From contig CAVVEU010000033.1 in assembly GCA_963747235.1 (NCBI GenBank), positions 338,728-402,727 of the forward strand: a stretch of DNA of 64,000 nt. The letters run 5' to 3'. A program made the translations under genes and the position numbers. A model generated the notes under the pieces. That model was not told the origin of the DNA, did not search any database, and saw only the letters and a list, made by a program, of their open reading frames with translations. Shown in pieces: positions 9,247 through 21,109 of this stretch (its first letter is position 1; every line of letters begins with the position of its first letter). The stretch comes from an uncultured Candidatus Rokubacteria bacterium. Its GTDB lineage: Bacteria > Methylomirabilota > Methylomirabilia > Rokubacteriales > CSP1-6.

Positions 9247-10926
9247 CTACCCCACCCAGACCTGATCCCAGCGCACCACGTCGTAGATCCCGAAGTACTT
9301 GCTCGGGTTCTGACCGTGCACCTTGTTGTACCAGGCGTCGTAGATCTGCTCGTAGGCCACCGGGATCAGCGGCGGGTCGCTCTCCAGGATGTCCTCCGCC
9401 TGGCGGATCATGGTCTTGCGCTTGTTGTCGTCCACCTCCCGCTCGATGTTCCGGGCGAGCGCGTGGAACTGCTCGTTGGTCCAGCCCGCGTAGTTGTTCG
9501 GGGCGTCCTTGCCATACCAGGACGAGAAGTAGTCGGACGGGTCCATCAGCGCGGACACGATGGCGGTGATCCCGAGGTCGAAGTTGCCGGCGGCCGCCTC
9601 CTCGAACCACTGGGAGATCTGGACCACCCGGAGGTTGCACTCGATGTTGAGGTGCTCCTTCAGCATGGCCTGGATCGCCACCGCCCAGAGCTTGAAGGTG
9701 GCGGCATCGCGCACCAGGAAGTCGAGCCCCTTGATCCCCTGGCCGTAGCCGGCCTCCTGCATGAGCTTCTTGGCTTCCTGGATCGCCGCCTTCGGGTCCT
9801 TCTGATAGCCGAGCCGCTTCTCCAGCTCCGCCTTCGGGGTGGACGCCTCGTGGAACGGGTACACGAAGCCGCCGATCTGCATGGGCGCGGTGTCCTTGAC
9901 CACGTCCACCAGCACGTGCCGGTCCATGGCGAGGTGAATCGCCCGGCGCACCCGCACGTCCTGGAACGCCTTGACCTTCTTCTGGTTCATGTAGACCGCC
10001 TGGATCACGGACTGGTTGAAGGCGGCCGCGGTGACCCCGGGCATCTCCTTGGCCTTGCGCCAGGAGACCGGATCCAGCAGCCGCGCGTAGTCGAGCTTGC
10101 CGGACAGGAACGACGCGCCCAGCTCCGGCGAGAACGGCGGCATGTGGTAGACCTCGAGCTTGTCGACGTACGGCAGCCCCTTGTTCCAGTAGTTGGGGTT
10201 CTTCTCCATGTTCCAGACTTCCTTGTCCTTCCGCGAGACGTGCCGGAAGGGCCCGGTGCCCGGGTAGTTCATGACCTGCCGCAGGTTGCCCTGGTTGTCG
10301 TCGAGGGTCTTCTTGCGGACGATGATGTTCCAGCCGCTCGCGAAGGCGCCCAGCATGAAGGCGCGCGGCCGCGGCTCGGTGAGCCGGAACTCGATGCGGT
10401 GCGGGTCCAGCACCACGATCTCGCTCACCGCGGTGAACAGCGACGAGCGCGGGATCAGGATGCCCTTCGGGGGCCGCACGATCCGCTCGTACGTCGCCTT
10501 GACGTCCTCGGCGGTGAAGTCGGCGCCGTCGTGGAACTTGACGCCCTTCCGGAGATGGAAGGTGTACTTCTTGCCGTCCGGCGAGACGTCCCACTTGTAG
10601 GCCAGATCCGGGATGATCGTCTGCCCGTCGCGGGGGTCGCGGCGGATCAGCGTGTCGTACATCGGGCTCTGCGCGCCGATATTGGCCACCGTGCCCGACT
10701 GGTGCACGTCGAAGTGGGCGGGCGCGGTGTGGACGCCGTAGCGCAGGGTGCCGCCCCGCTTCGCGGCGGGGTCACGGAACGGCGGGTCTCCTGCGCTTCC
10801 GCGGTCGAGCGGAGGAACGCCGGCGCGGTGCTCGCGGCACCGGCCACGCCAATGGTCTTGAGGAAGGAGCGGCGGCTCACCCCACGTCTTGCGGGCTCTG
10901 GACTTGTCAGGAACCGAATCGGCCAT
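9247..10926 (-). CDS. Peptide ABC transporter substrate-binding protein (family 5) with Tat signal; compensating frameshifts in the 5' part
   Basis: AGGAGG RBS; SRRSFLK twin-arginine motif in the adjacent frame; KRGGTLR, FHLRKGVKFHDG, GTGPF. Confidence 0.88.
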   Translation of the reverse strand: MADSVPDKSRARKTWGEPPLLPQDHWRGRCREHRAGVPPLDRGSAGDPPFRDPAAKRGGTLRYGVHTAPAHFDVHQSGTVANIGAQSPMYDTLIRRDPRDGQTIIPDLAYKWDVSPDGKKYTFHLRKGVKFHDGADFTAEDVKATYERIVRPPKGILIPRSSLFTAVSEIVVLDPHRIEFRLTEPRPRAFMLGAFASGWNIIVRKKTLDDNQGNLRQVMNYPGTGPFRHVSRKDKEVWNMEKNPNYWNKGLPYVDKLEVYHMPPFSPELGASFLSGKLDYARLLDPVSWRKAKEMPGVTAAAFNQSVIQAVYMNQKKVKAFQDVRVRRAIHLAMDRHVLVDVVKDTAPMQIGGFVYPFHEASTPKAELEKRLGYQKDPKAAIQEAKKLMQEAGYGQGIKGLDFLVRDAATFKLWAVAIQAMLKEHLNIECNLRVVQISQWFEEAAAGNFDLGITAIVSALMDPSDYFSSWYGKDAPNNYAGWTNEQFHALARNIEREVDDNKRKTMIRQAEDILESDPPLIPVAYEQIYDAWYNKVHGQNPSKYFGIYDVVRWDQVWVG

Positions 10927-11091
10927 GGCGTTCCCCTCCTTTGGGGTCTCCACTTCGGGACGATCTGGGTCCGGACCGAGGGCGTTAAGTCCACGGAACA
11001 TACCACGACCCGCCGGGTCCCTGGCAAGACGCTTTCTGCTAGACTCGGCGCTAACTCACGCGCCTACCGCCCCCGATCGGAGGACCCCCGC

Positions 11092-12168
11092 ATGGAATTC
11101 GGCGTCCTGTTCACGTCGCACCCCAACCACGCCACCGAGCCCTACCCGCACCGCGCCGTCCACGCGCGCGTCACCGCCGAGATCCAGGCCGCCGACCGCC
11201 TGGGCTACGACACCGCCTGGGTGGCCGAGCACCACTTCTCGAACCAGTACGGCATCATGCCGGACGTCTTCACCTACATGGGCTACCTGGCTGCCCAAAC
11301 TTCGCGCATCCGCCTGGGCACCGCGGTGGTGACCGTCCCCCTCTACGACCCGATCCGCGTCGTCGAGAACATGGCCTTCGTGGACATCCTCTCGGGGGGC
11401 CGCGTCGTCCTGGGCCTGGGCTCGGGCTACCGCCCGTACGAGTTCGAGGGCTTCGGCCGCGACTTCGACCGCCGCCGCGACGTCCAGGAAGAGGCGATCG
11501 ACCTGATCCTCGAGCTCCTGCACAAGCGGCGGACCCGGCACGAGGGCCCGCACTTCCACTCGGTGATCGAGGGCGACTACGAGATCTTCCCGGTGAGCCA
11601 GCAGGAGCCGCACCCGCCGCTCTTCATGGCCGGCGCCACCGACCGCTCGCTCGGCTACGCGGCGCGACATGGATTCGGCCTGATGCTCTCCACGCTGCCG
11701 TCGGCCGAGACGCTGGCCAAGCAGATCGGCCTCTACAAGAGCCACCTGAAGGACGCGCCGGCGCCGCTCGACCGCAACCCGGCCTTCGGCAAGGTGGACA
11801 TCGCCCGCTGGGTCTACGTGGCCGACACCGACGCGGCGGCCAAGCGCGACACCGAGCAGGGCATCGTCCGCCACATCAGCCACTTCATGGGCGCGGGCAC
11901 CGCGGGCTACCTCGGCAATGTCTCGGAGAAGAACCGCGCGGAGGGGCTCACCTACGACGACCTGGCCGCCACCACGCTGCTGCACGGCTCGCCCGCGACC
12001 GTGATCGCCAAGCTGCGCGAGCTGCGCCACAAGACGGGGCTCACCTCGCTGCTGCTCCACTACCCGCCGTACTACGGCCACGACAACGCGATGCGGAGCC
12101 TGCGGCTCTTCGCGGAGAAGGTGATGCCGGAGTTCCGCCCGCCCGCGAGCCGATCCGCCGTCGCCTAG
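11092..12168 (+). CDS. LLM class flavin-dependent oxidoreductase
   Basis: WVAEHHF, TSRIRLGTAV, DILSGGRVVLGLGSGY, LFAEKVMP. Confidence 0.9.
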   Translation: MEFGVLFTSHPNHATEPYPHRAVHARVTAEIQAADRLGYDTAWVAEHHFSNQYGIMPDVFTYMGYLAAQTSRIRLGTAVVTVPLYDPIRVVENMAFVDILSGGRVVLGLGSGYRPYEFEGFGRDFDRRRDVQEEAIDLILELLHKRRTRHEGPHFHSVIEGDYEIFPVSQQEPHPPLFMAGATDRSLGYAARHGFGLMLSTLPSAETLAKQIGLYKSHLKDAPAPLDRNPAFGKVDIARWVYVADTDAAAKRDTEQGIVRHISHFMGAGTAGYLGNVSEKNRAEGLTYDDLAATTLLHGSPATVIAKLRELRHKTGLTSLLLHYPPYYGHDNAMRSLRLFAEKVMPEFRPPASRSAVA

Positions 12169-13378
12169 CCGACCATCTCCGAGTGCCGCGCGAGGCGGCG
12201 GACCGGCGAGGCCAGGATCACGATCGCCTGGATGAGGAAGCCCGCCGCCGCGACCACCAGGCCGGTCTCCGCGCCGTAGAGGCCGCCCACCAGCGCGCCG
12301 AGCGCGGCGCCCAGCGGGCGCGAGCCGTAGGTCGCGATGTTGATCGCGGAGACGCGGCCGAGCAAGCGCGAAGGCGTCACCATCTGGCGCAGCGTGGTCG
12401 TGCCGATCGTCCAGAGGATCGGGCCCACGCCCATCAGGAAGAAGCTGAGCCCGGCCAGCACCGGCGTCGGCATCCAGATCGTGGCCACCATGACGAGCGC
12501 GGCGGCCAGCCCGACGAGCGGACCGATCACGATCACGACGCCGAACGGCAGCGCGCGGATGAGCCGGCCGGCCAGCAGCGCACCCACGACCATCCCGATG
12601 CCGTAGACGGCCAGCGTGACGCCCACGCCGGAGGCGGAGAGGCCGAGCCGGTGGACGGCATAGGGCACGTAGACCGCCTGCAGCACGAAGAACGCGGTGT
12701 TGAACACGAACTGGGTGATCGAGGATCGGCAGCAGCAGCCGGTGGCGGAACACGAAGCCCGAGCCCTCGCGGAGATCCTGCAGCGTGTGGCTCGGGGGCG
12801 CGGGCGCGCGCGGCGGCTCGCGCAGGCCGGCGAGCAGGAACACCGCGCCGATCGAGAGCGCGGCCGCGACACCGAAGGCGGCGCCCGCGCCCGTCCAGCC
12901 CACGAGCGCGCCACCCAGCGCCGGGCCGCCCACGAAGGCCACCGTGCGCGCCAGCTCGAGCCGCGCGTTCGCCGCCGCGAGCCCGGCGGGCGGCACCAGG
13001 GCGGGCACGAGCGCGGGCGCGGCCACGCTGTAGGCCACCGTCCCGCACGCGCCCACGAAGGCCAGCAGCGCGAGCAGCGCCAGGGTGAGCCGGCCGGATT
13101 GCGCGAGCGCGAGCGTGACCACGAGCGCGAGGGCGCGCACCGCCTCCGCGCGCGGCCATGAGCCGCCGGCGCGGCATGCGGTCGGCCAGCACGCCGGCGG
13201 GAATGGCCAGGAGCAGGAACGGCAGCGTCGCCGCGGTCTGGAGGAACCCGGTCTCGCCCGCCCCGGCGCCGAGCGCGAGCACCGCGACGAGCGGCGCCGC
13301 GGCCAGGCCGATCTGCTCGGCCGACTGCGCGGCCAGATTGGACCACGCCAGGCGGGGGAATCCGGATGCCGTGTTCAC
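12165..13378 (-). CDS. MFS transporter (macrolide-efflux/MFS_3-like), two frameshifts
   Basis: AGVLADRMPRRRL motif A, ANARLE, TTLRQMVTP..LLGRVSA spread over three frames. Confidence 0.8.
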
Positions 13379-13438
13379 GTACGGGTATACGGGCGCGGAC
13401 GGTGAACGGGCGGAGACTGGATCCCTCACCCTCGACTA

Positions 13439-13473
13439 CCCCTCACCCTGCCCTCTCCCCTGAGGGGAGAGGG
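13439..13473. repeat. REP-like palindromic element
   Basis: CCCCTCACCCTG-CCCTCTCCCC-TGA-GGGGAGAGGG, perfect 10-bp hairpin; near-identical copies at 47536-47615. Confidence 0.8.
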
Positions 13474-13474
13474 T

Positions 13475-14179
<705 letters not shown>

Positions 14180-14183
<4 letters not shown>

Positions 14184-14935
14184 CGCGAGGCTCCCAGGTA
14201 GGTCTCCTGCACGACGCGGTTGGCACGGATCTCCTCCGGCGTGCCGTCGGCCAGCACCTGGCCCTGGTGCAGCACGGTGACGCGGTCGGAGATGCCCATC
14301 ACCAGCTTCATCTTGTGCTCGACCAGCACCACCGTGCGGGCGCGGGCCAGCTCGCGGATGAGCACCATCGTCTCGTCGGTCTCCTCCGGGCTCATCCCCG
14401 CGGTCGGCTCGTCCAGCAGCAGCAGCACCGGATCGGAGGCGAGCGCGATGCCGATCTCGAGGTGGCGCTTCTCGCCGTGGGAGAGGTGCGCGGCGAGCTG
14501 CTCGGCCCGGCGCGACAGGCTCACGGTGGCCAGGAGCTCGACCGCGCGGTCCTGGCAGGCGGTCAGCGCGTCGGCGCGCGACCAGAAGTTGAACGAGCGC
14601 GCGTAGCCCTGCACGGCCACCCGCACGTTCTCGAGCACCGAGAGATGCGGGAAGATGTTCGTGATCTGGTACGACTTGGCGATGCCGAGCCGGCACACCC
14701 GGTGCTGCGGCAGCCCGGTGATGTCGGCCTCCTGGAAGAGCACGCGCCCGGAGGACGGCGCCATCTCCCCCGACACGAGGCGGAAGAACGTGGTCTTGCC
14801 CGCCCCGTTGGGCCCAATGATGGAGCGGAGCTCCCCGCGTCGGACGGTGAGCGAGACCGCGTTGACCGCCACCAGGCTGCCGAAGGCGCGGGTGAGGTTC
14901 TCGGTGCGGAGCAGGACCCCGTCGGGTCCGCTCAT
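14180..14935 (-). CDS. livG: Liv-type ABC ATP-binding protein (LivG-like)
   Basis: GPNGAGKTT, LSHGEKRHLEI, LDEPTAGM. Confidence 0.87.
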
Positions 14936-15597
14936 ACGGTGGCGAAGAAGCGCGCCGGCGCCCCCTCGGTGCCCGCGATCTTGTAGAAGGGCGCGGCGAA
15001 CTCCACCCGGCGCCGGGGCAGCGCGCCCAGGTTCGTGAGCCCCTCCATGATGACCACGCCCGCGCCCAGGATCACCCGGTGCATCGCGAAGTCCTCCGAG
15101 GTGAACTCGGGCAGCCGCGCGCAGTACTCCTCGAAGAAGTCGAACCCGATGTTCTTGGGCCCGCGGTCCACCAGCCACTGCGCGACCTCGGGCGGGAAGT
15201 AGGGCGACTGGGTGAAGTAGTCGGGCCAGCGCCCGTACATCGTGTCGGTCCACCCGGTGTGCAGCAGCACGATGTCGCCGCGCTTGACGTCGCCCGCGCC
15301 GCCCTTCTTCAGATCGTCGATGGTGATCGAGTGGTTGGCGCCGACCCAGGAGAGATCCACCACCAGCGCCTCGCCCATGACCTGGTCCAGCGTGATCTCG
15401 GCGGTGGTGATGCCGTTCTTGAACACGTGCAGCGGCGAGTCGATGTGGGCGCCGGTGTGCAGGCTCTGGTTCACGCTCGAGACCTGCCAGAAGCCGGGGC
15501 CGCGGCGGTGCGGCGTCACCTCGAGCTTCATGTTGGTCGAGGGCGGGCTGAAGGTGTTCTCGTCCACCGTCACGGACAGGTCGATGAATCGGCTCAT
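14932..15597 (-). CDS. Cyclase family protein (kynurenine formamidase KynB-like metal hydrolase)
   Basis: IDLS, HTGAHIDSPLH (HxGTHxDxPxH-like), GDIVLLHTGW, EGLTNL, GAPARFFA. Confidence 0.85.
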   Translation of the reverse strand: MSRFIDLSVTVDENTFSPPSTNMKLEVTPHRRGPGFWQVSSVNQSLHTGAHIDSPLHVFKNGITTAEITLDQVMGEALVVDLSWVGANHSITIDDLKKGGAGDVKRGDIVLLHTGWTDTMYGRWPDYFTQSPYFPPEVAQWLVDRGPKNIGFDFFEEYCARLPEFTSEDFAMHRVILGAGVVIMEGLTNLGALPRRRVEFAAPFYKIAGTEGAPARFFATV

Positions 15598-17025
15598 GGC
15601 TTCGTCCTGGGTAGGTTGGCGATGGCGCGGGCGGGCCCGGTCAGCTCCACGATGTGCAGCCCGGTGTCGGCCCGGTCCGCCAGGTAGATGTAGCCCCGGT
15701 CGTCCACTTCCACGTTGTTGGTCTGGATCGCGGTCTTGCAGCGCGGGATGCCGGCCACCTCCACGCAGCGCTTGTCGGTCTTCGGCGGTGACGTCGGGGA
15801 TGAAGAAGGCCGCCTCCACCGGGTGGAACGGATCGCGGATGTCCACCGCGCGCACGCCCGCGTTGAAGTAGGCGAGGAACACGAGGCGGCCGTAGAAGAC
15901 CGGCGTGAACGACTCGTGGCTCGAGTGCGGGCCGAAGCGGCCGCCCCGGCGGCAGAAGTCGCCGGTCGGATCGGGCACCTCGAAGGTGGCCACCGAGTAG
16001 GGCGTCTTCTCGGTGGTGACGTCCACCATGAAGGAGAGCTGGCGGACCTCCTGGCACTCGTTGCGGAGCGACTCCGACACCAGCAGCACGAAGTCGCGCG
16101 TGCGCCCCGGCACCCCGGGCGCCCAGTGCGGCACCCGCACGCCCAGCACCGGGAGGCTCGTGTGCCCGCCCCAGGCCGGCGACATGTCGAGGCGGCCGAT
16201 CTGCGGATAGAGCAGGTTCTCCACGGTGGGCGCGAACTTCTCGCGGGCCTGCGGATCGCCCGCGAGCAGCTTCTCGCGGTCCACGATCTGCAGCACGCCC
16301 TTGGCGCCGGTGCCGTAGGCGAAGTAGACGCGATTCTTGTACGCGATGGGCCCGTGCACGCCCTCGGGCGCGGGGCCGGTCGCGCCCGGCTCCTGGCCGG
16401 GCAGCCCGAAGTCGCGGATGAAGCGCGGCTGCGCGGGATCGCTCAGGTCGTAGATCGTCGTCATCCGGTTGGTGCGCCAGCCGCGCGGCGCGCCGTCGGA
16501 GACGAGGTAGGCGATGCCGGTGTCGCACTCCCACCAGTTCTTGTGCGTGCTCTTGAGCCCGTCCAGCACCGTGGTGAGCCGCGCGGGCTTCGCCGGATCG
16601 GTCACGTCCCAGATCTCGTGGGCCAGATTGCCGAGCGTGCGCAGGAGATAGGTCTTCTCGCGCGCCCCGCGCGGCAGCGTCTTGCCGTCGCAGACGCGCG
16701 CCATCGCCGCGCCGCCCGCCTCCGCCTCGCCCGGCGCGCCGGGGATGTGGTGCAGGTACTTCGGCTGCTTCGGATCCGTCACGTCCACGATGGAGGTGCC
16801 GTTCTGCTCCATCTGGCCGGTCAGCGGGTTCATGCGCAGGCCGCCGTGGTGGCCGACGTAGGCGATGAAGCGGCCGCCCTGCTGGTGGATCACGGGCTGG
16901 TAGGCGGAGCGCGCCTGCAGATCGTGGGCGCCGACCAGGCGCATGTCGTGCTGCTCGGCGGCCCGCGCCGGCGTCGGGACGAGCGCCAGCAGGCCCATCA
17001 GGAGGGCGATTCGCCACGCGCTCAC
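15594..17025 (-). CDS. Secreted LVIVD-repeat beta-propeller protein, frameshift near 15780
   Basis: Signal peptide; repeats SIVDVTDPKQP, IWDVTDPAKP, IYDLSDPAQP, AVDIRDPFHP; GRFGPHS; stop overlaps the cyclase ATG. Confidence 0.8.
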
Positions 17026-17140
17026 GGCCCGGTCTCCGTCGGCATCGACGCCCCCTCCGCTGGCGGCCCCCCAGCCTACCCGGGGCCCCAGACGGGCGGT
17101 CAATAGCAATCCCCCCTCTCCCTGTGCTATCTCCTGCACC

Positions 17141-18025
17141 ATGACGATCGGACTGGTCGGCGTGGGGCTCCTGGGCACGGCGGTGGCCGGGCGATTGCTC
17201 AAGGCCGGGCATCGTGTGGTGGGCTTCGACATCGCGCCCGATCGCGGGCGGACGCTGATCGCCATGGGCGGCGAGGTCGCCGCCTCCGCGCGCGCGGTCG
17301 CGCTCGCCAGCGAGGCGGTGTGCACGCTGCTGCCCACCCTGGCCGCGGTCGAGAGCGCCATCCTCGGGCCCGACGGCGTCGCGGCGGCCGGGAAGCCCGG
17401 CCAGGTCGTCATCCAGATGAGCACGATCTCGCCCGCGCTGAGCGTGCGGCTCGCGGCGGAGAGCCGGGCGCGCAGCCTCGACTTCCTCGACTGCCCGGTC
17501 AGCGGCACCAGCGGCGTGGTGGCGCGCGGCGAGGGCATGCTCTTCGTGGGCGGCGAGCGTCGGGTGTTCGAGCGCTGGCGCCCGCTGCTCGAGGCCATGC
17601 TCCCGCGCGCGGTCTACATCGGGGCCGCCGGGCAGGCCATGGTGCTGAAGCTCGTGGCGAACCTGCTCGTGGGCCTGCACAGCGCCGCCGCCGCCGAGGC
17701 GCTGCACCTCGCGCGGCAGGCCGGGCTCGACCCCGCGGTGGCCCTCGAGGTGCTGACGGGGAGCGCCGCGGGCTCGCGCATGCTGGACATCCGAGGGCCG
17801 CTGATGGTGCGCGGAGAGTATCCGGCGCAGATGAAGCTCGATCTCTTCTTGAAGGACCTGCACCTGATCCAGGACGCGGCCGCCGCCGCCGGCGCCGCCC
17901 TGCCGCTCACCGACACCGCCGAGCGGCTCTATGCCGCCGCGGCGGAGACGGGCCACGGCAAGGAGGACCTCGCGGTGGTGCTGACCGCGCTGGCCGCGCT
18001 GAGTCCGCGCCGACGGGAGGCCTAG
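17141..18025 (+). CDS. NAD(P)-dependent oxidoreductase, 3-hydroxyisobutyrate dehydrogenase family
   Basis: GLVGVGLLG Rossmann motif, MSTISP, DCPVSG, KLVAN, KDL. Confidence 0.9.
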   Translation: MTIGLVGVGLLGTAVAGRLLKAGHRVVGFDIAPDRGRTLIAMGGEVAASARAVALASEAVCTLLPTLAAVESAILGPDGVAAAGKPGQVVIQMSTISPALSVRLAAESRARSLDFLDCPVSGTSGVVARGEGMLFVGGERRVFERWRPLLEAMLPRAVYIGAAGQAMVLKLVANLLVGLHSAAAAEALHLARQAGLDPAVALEVLTGSAAGSRMLDIRGPLMVRGEYPAQMKLDLFLKDLHLIQDAAAAAGAALPLTDTAERLYAAAAETGHGKEDLAVVLTALAALSPRRREA

Positions 18026-18056
18026 CCGGCGGCCAACCGGCGGTTACAATCACCGC

Positions 18057-19606
18057 ATGGCCCAACCGCCGAACCCCGCCCCCACCCTGCGGTTGATCAG
18101 CGCGACCGGCAATCTCCTCGGCGCCGTCGTCGCGTTCCTGTACTTTCGCGTCGTCGACCCCTCGACGACCGGCGGGTCGCGGCCCGGCCTCCCCGAGATC
18201 GTGTACTCGATCGTCATCTTCGCCGCGCTCGTCGGGATCGGCCAGGCGTTCAGCTCCCGCTGGATGGCTCCGCTCGGCCGGGCCGGCCTCGGAGAGCCGC
18301 TCTCACCCAAAGAGGCCGCGCTGGTCCGCCGGCGGGCGCTCCTCTTCCCCTACTTCCTGGCCGGGCTCACCTTCACCGGCTGGGTCATGGCCGGGCTCAT
18401 CTACGGCGTCGGGATCCCGTTCCTGATGGGCCACCTGACATTCTCCCAGGCGGCGCGCCAGGTCTTCGGCCTGACCGTGATCGCGGGCTCCGTGACCACC
18501 GCGTTCATCTTCTTCGCCAGCGAGCACGCCTGGCGCCGGCGCCTCCCGTTCTTCTTTCCCGAGGGAGACCTCCGCGCGGTGCCGCGCGTCCCCCACCTGG
18601 CGGTCCGGACGCGGCTGCTCGCGATCTTCCTGCTGATCGGCGTGATGCCGCCCGCGATCCTCGGCATCCTCTCCTACATGCGCGCCCTCGGGCTGCAGGG
18701 CGCGGACGCGGCGACCGCGGGAGAGATCGTCGCCACCCTGCGCGTGACCATCGTCTTCCTCGTCGGCGTCGGGATCGCGGCCGCCATCGGGCTCTCGATC
18801 TTCGCGGCCAACAGCGTGGCGGGGCCGCTGCGGCACGTGGAGGCCGCGATGGCCGAGGTGGCGCGGGGCCGGCTCGACGGGCGCGCGCCCGTCGTGAGCA
18901 CCGACGAGATCGGCGCGGTGGCCGAGGGCTTCAACCGCATGCTGCACGGCCTGCGCGAGCGCGAGATGGTGAAGGAGACCTTCGGCAAGTACGTCACGCC
19001 CGAGATCCGCGACGCGATCCTCGCCGGACGCGTGCGCGGCGAGGGCCAGCTCATCGAGGCCACCATCCTCTTCGCGGACCTGCGCGACTTCACCCCGTGG
19101 GTGGAGGCCACCGAGCCGCGCGAGGTGGTGCGCGACCTCAACGAGTACTTCACCGAGATGGACCGGGCCATCCGCGCGCACGGCGGCCTCGTGCTCCAGT
19201 TCATCGGCGACGAGATCGAGGCGGTGTTCGGCGCGCCGATCGCCGCCCCCGACCACGCCGGGCGGGCGGTGCACGCCGCGATCGAGATGCGGCAGCGGCT
19301 CCAGGCCTGGAACGCGCGCGCGCGAGGCGGCGGGCCGGCCCCCGCTGCGCAACGGCATCGGCATCCACACCGGCACCGTGCTGGCCGGCAACATCGGCGG
19401 CGCCGAGCGGCTCTCCTACGCGCTGGTCGGCGACCCGGTCAACCTCGCCTCGCGCATCCAGGGGCTCACCAAGGACTTCAAGGTGGACATCCTGATCAGC
19501 GAGGCCACCCGCAGCCGCCTCGACGGCGACGATCGCGGTCGAGGAGCTGCCCGCGGTGCGCGTCAAGGGCCGCGTGGAAGAGGTGAACGTCTACAAGGTG
19601 GTGTGA
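18057..19606 (+). CDS. Membrane adenylate/guanylate cyclase with HAMP domain, frameshifts near 19320 and 19530
   Basis: Six hydrophobic segments, HAMP DEIGAVAEGFNRM, ILFADLRDFT, FIGDEI, GIHTG, GDPVNLASRI, VKGR. Confidence 0.9.
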
Positions 19607-20571
19607 CGAGATGCCCGGCCGCGCCTTCCGCTTCGGGCTCGTCGCGAGGACGCTCGCGCCGGGCGAGACCTGGGCCGACAAGGCCCGCCGCGCCGAGCAG
19701 CTCGGCTACGCGGTCCTCACGATGCCGGATCACTTCCGGAACCAGCTCGCGCCGGTGCCCGCCCTGACCGCCGCCGCGCTCGCGACCACGCCGGCTGCGC
19801 GTGGGCTCGCTCGTCTTCGCGGTGGACTTCCACCATCCGGCCGTCCTCGCGCGCGAGGTCGCGGCGATGGACCAGCTCTCGGGCGGGCGCTTCGAGCTCG
19901 GCCTGGGCGCGGGCTGGCTGCGCGCGGAATACGAGGAAGCGGGCATCCGCTACGACGCCGCCGGCACGCGGATCGAGCGGCTCGCCGAGGCCGTCACCAT
20001 CATCAAGGGCCTGCTCACGGGTGAGCGCGTCACCTTCGCGGGCCGGCACTACACCATCACCGATCTGGAGGGCCGGCCCGGGGTCCAGCGCCGCGGCCGC
20101 CCATCCTGATCGGGGGCGGCGGCCGGCGCACGCTCACCCTCGCCGGGCGGGAGGCCGACATCGTCGGGCTCGTCCCGCGCGCGCGAACGGACGGCGGCGG
20201 GCTCGAGTGGGACGACTTCGGCGCGCGCCGCGCTGCTGGAGAAGCTCGCGTGGGTGCGCGAGGCCGCCGGGGACGCGCTTCGCCGCGCTCGAGCTCAACA
20301 CGCTGATCCAGGCCGCGGTCGTCACGGACGACGCGGCGGCGGCGGCCGATCAGCTCGCGACGCGGTTTCACACCACGCGGGAGCTGGTGCGGGACTGCCC
20401 GTACGCGCTGGTGGGGACGGCGGCGGAGATCGCGCGAGACGATTCAGCAGCGGCGCGAGCGCTACGGGATCTCGTACCTTTCGATCTTCGAGCAGGATGC
20501 GGAGGCGTTCGCGCCGGTGGTGGCGAAGCTCGCGGGTACGTGAGGGGTGGTTCGTCTACAAGGTGGTGTGA
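19588..20571. repeat. Exact 19-bp direct repeat pair CGTCTACAAGGTGGTGTGA (19588-19606 and 20553-20571)
   Basis: Read directly from the sequence; the first copy is the 3' end of the cyclase gene including its stop codon. Confidence 0.85.
19611..20543 (+). CDS. LLM class oxidoreductase, probable F420-dependent (TIGR03621-like); several frameshifts
   Basis: FRFG, ARRAEQLGY, PDHF..QLAP, LSGGRFELGLGAGW, PILIGGGG, RERYGISY. Confidence 0.8.
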
Positions 20572-21107
20572 GGACCACCCCAGAACCACTCGTCGAATCC
20601 GCGCCGGGCCACGAGGGGCAGGGGGATCCGCGCGGGCTGCTGGAACCACGCGAGCTCTTCACCGGCCGGCGGCGCGCCACGAGCCGCGCTCCGGCACGCG
20701 ACGCCATTCGCGCCGGCGTCCCAGGCCACGGCGCCGATCGCCTGACATCGCTCGTGCGGAACCGGCGTCCCCCCACCGCCATCCAATGGATAGGTCACGG
20801 GCAGGCCCGCCGCCACACAGCCGGCGTCCGTCACGACGTCCACGTAGTCCTCTTCGGCCACGAGCGTCTCGACGAGGATCGGCGCCGCCTCGGGATTGAG
20901 AAGCTCCGGCGTGTAGGGTCGGCCCGCGAATCGAAGCGCGACGTTCGCACGGGCCACCGCGACGTCGCGATTCAGGTACACGACCGGGAACGAGCGGGGC
21001 GGATTCCAGCGCCCGCCACGCTCCGCCGCATACCGCCCGTCCAGTGGGTCCCGCCAGTCCGGATCAGCGACGCGAACGTATGCCCCACCGCGCCGCACGT
21101 GCCGCAC
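20556..21107 (-). CDS. RES domain toxin (NAD+ phosphorylase/mART-like)
   Basis: DPLDG..AAERGGRWNPP..FPVVYL, CQAIG...GVACRSA; directly downstream of an Xre-type antitoxin. Confidence 0.8.
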   Translation of the reverse strand: MRHVRRGGAYVRVADPDWRDPLDGRYAAERGGRWNPPRSFPVVYLNRDVAVARANVALRFAGRPYTPELLNPEAAPILVETLVAEEDYVDVVTDAGCVAAGLPVTYPLDGGGGTPVPHERCQAIGAVAWDAGANGVACRSAARGAPPAGEELAWFQQPARIPLPLVARRGFDEWFWGGPHTTL

Positions 21108-21109
21108 CG

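Noticed and set aside
8251-12168. Very long ORFs such as the 1305-aa, 1221-aa (33301-36966) and 888-aa (14932-17598) frames as giant fusion proteins
   Set aside because: They are antisense shadows or frameshift-joined neighbours in high-GC DNA; the real genes are accounted for separately.
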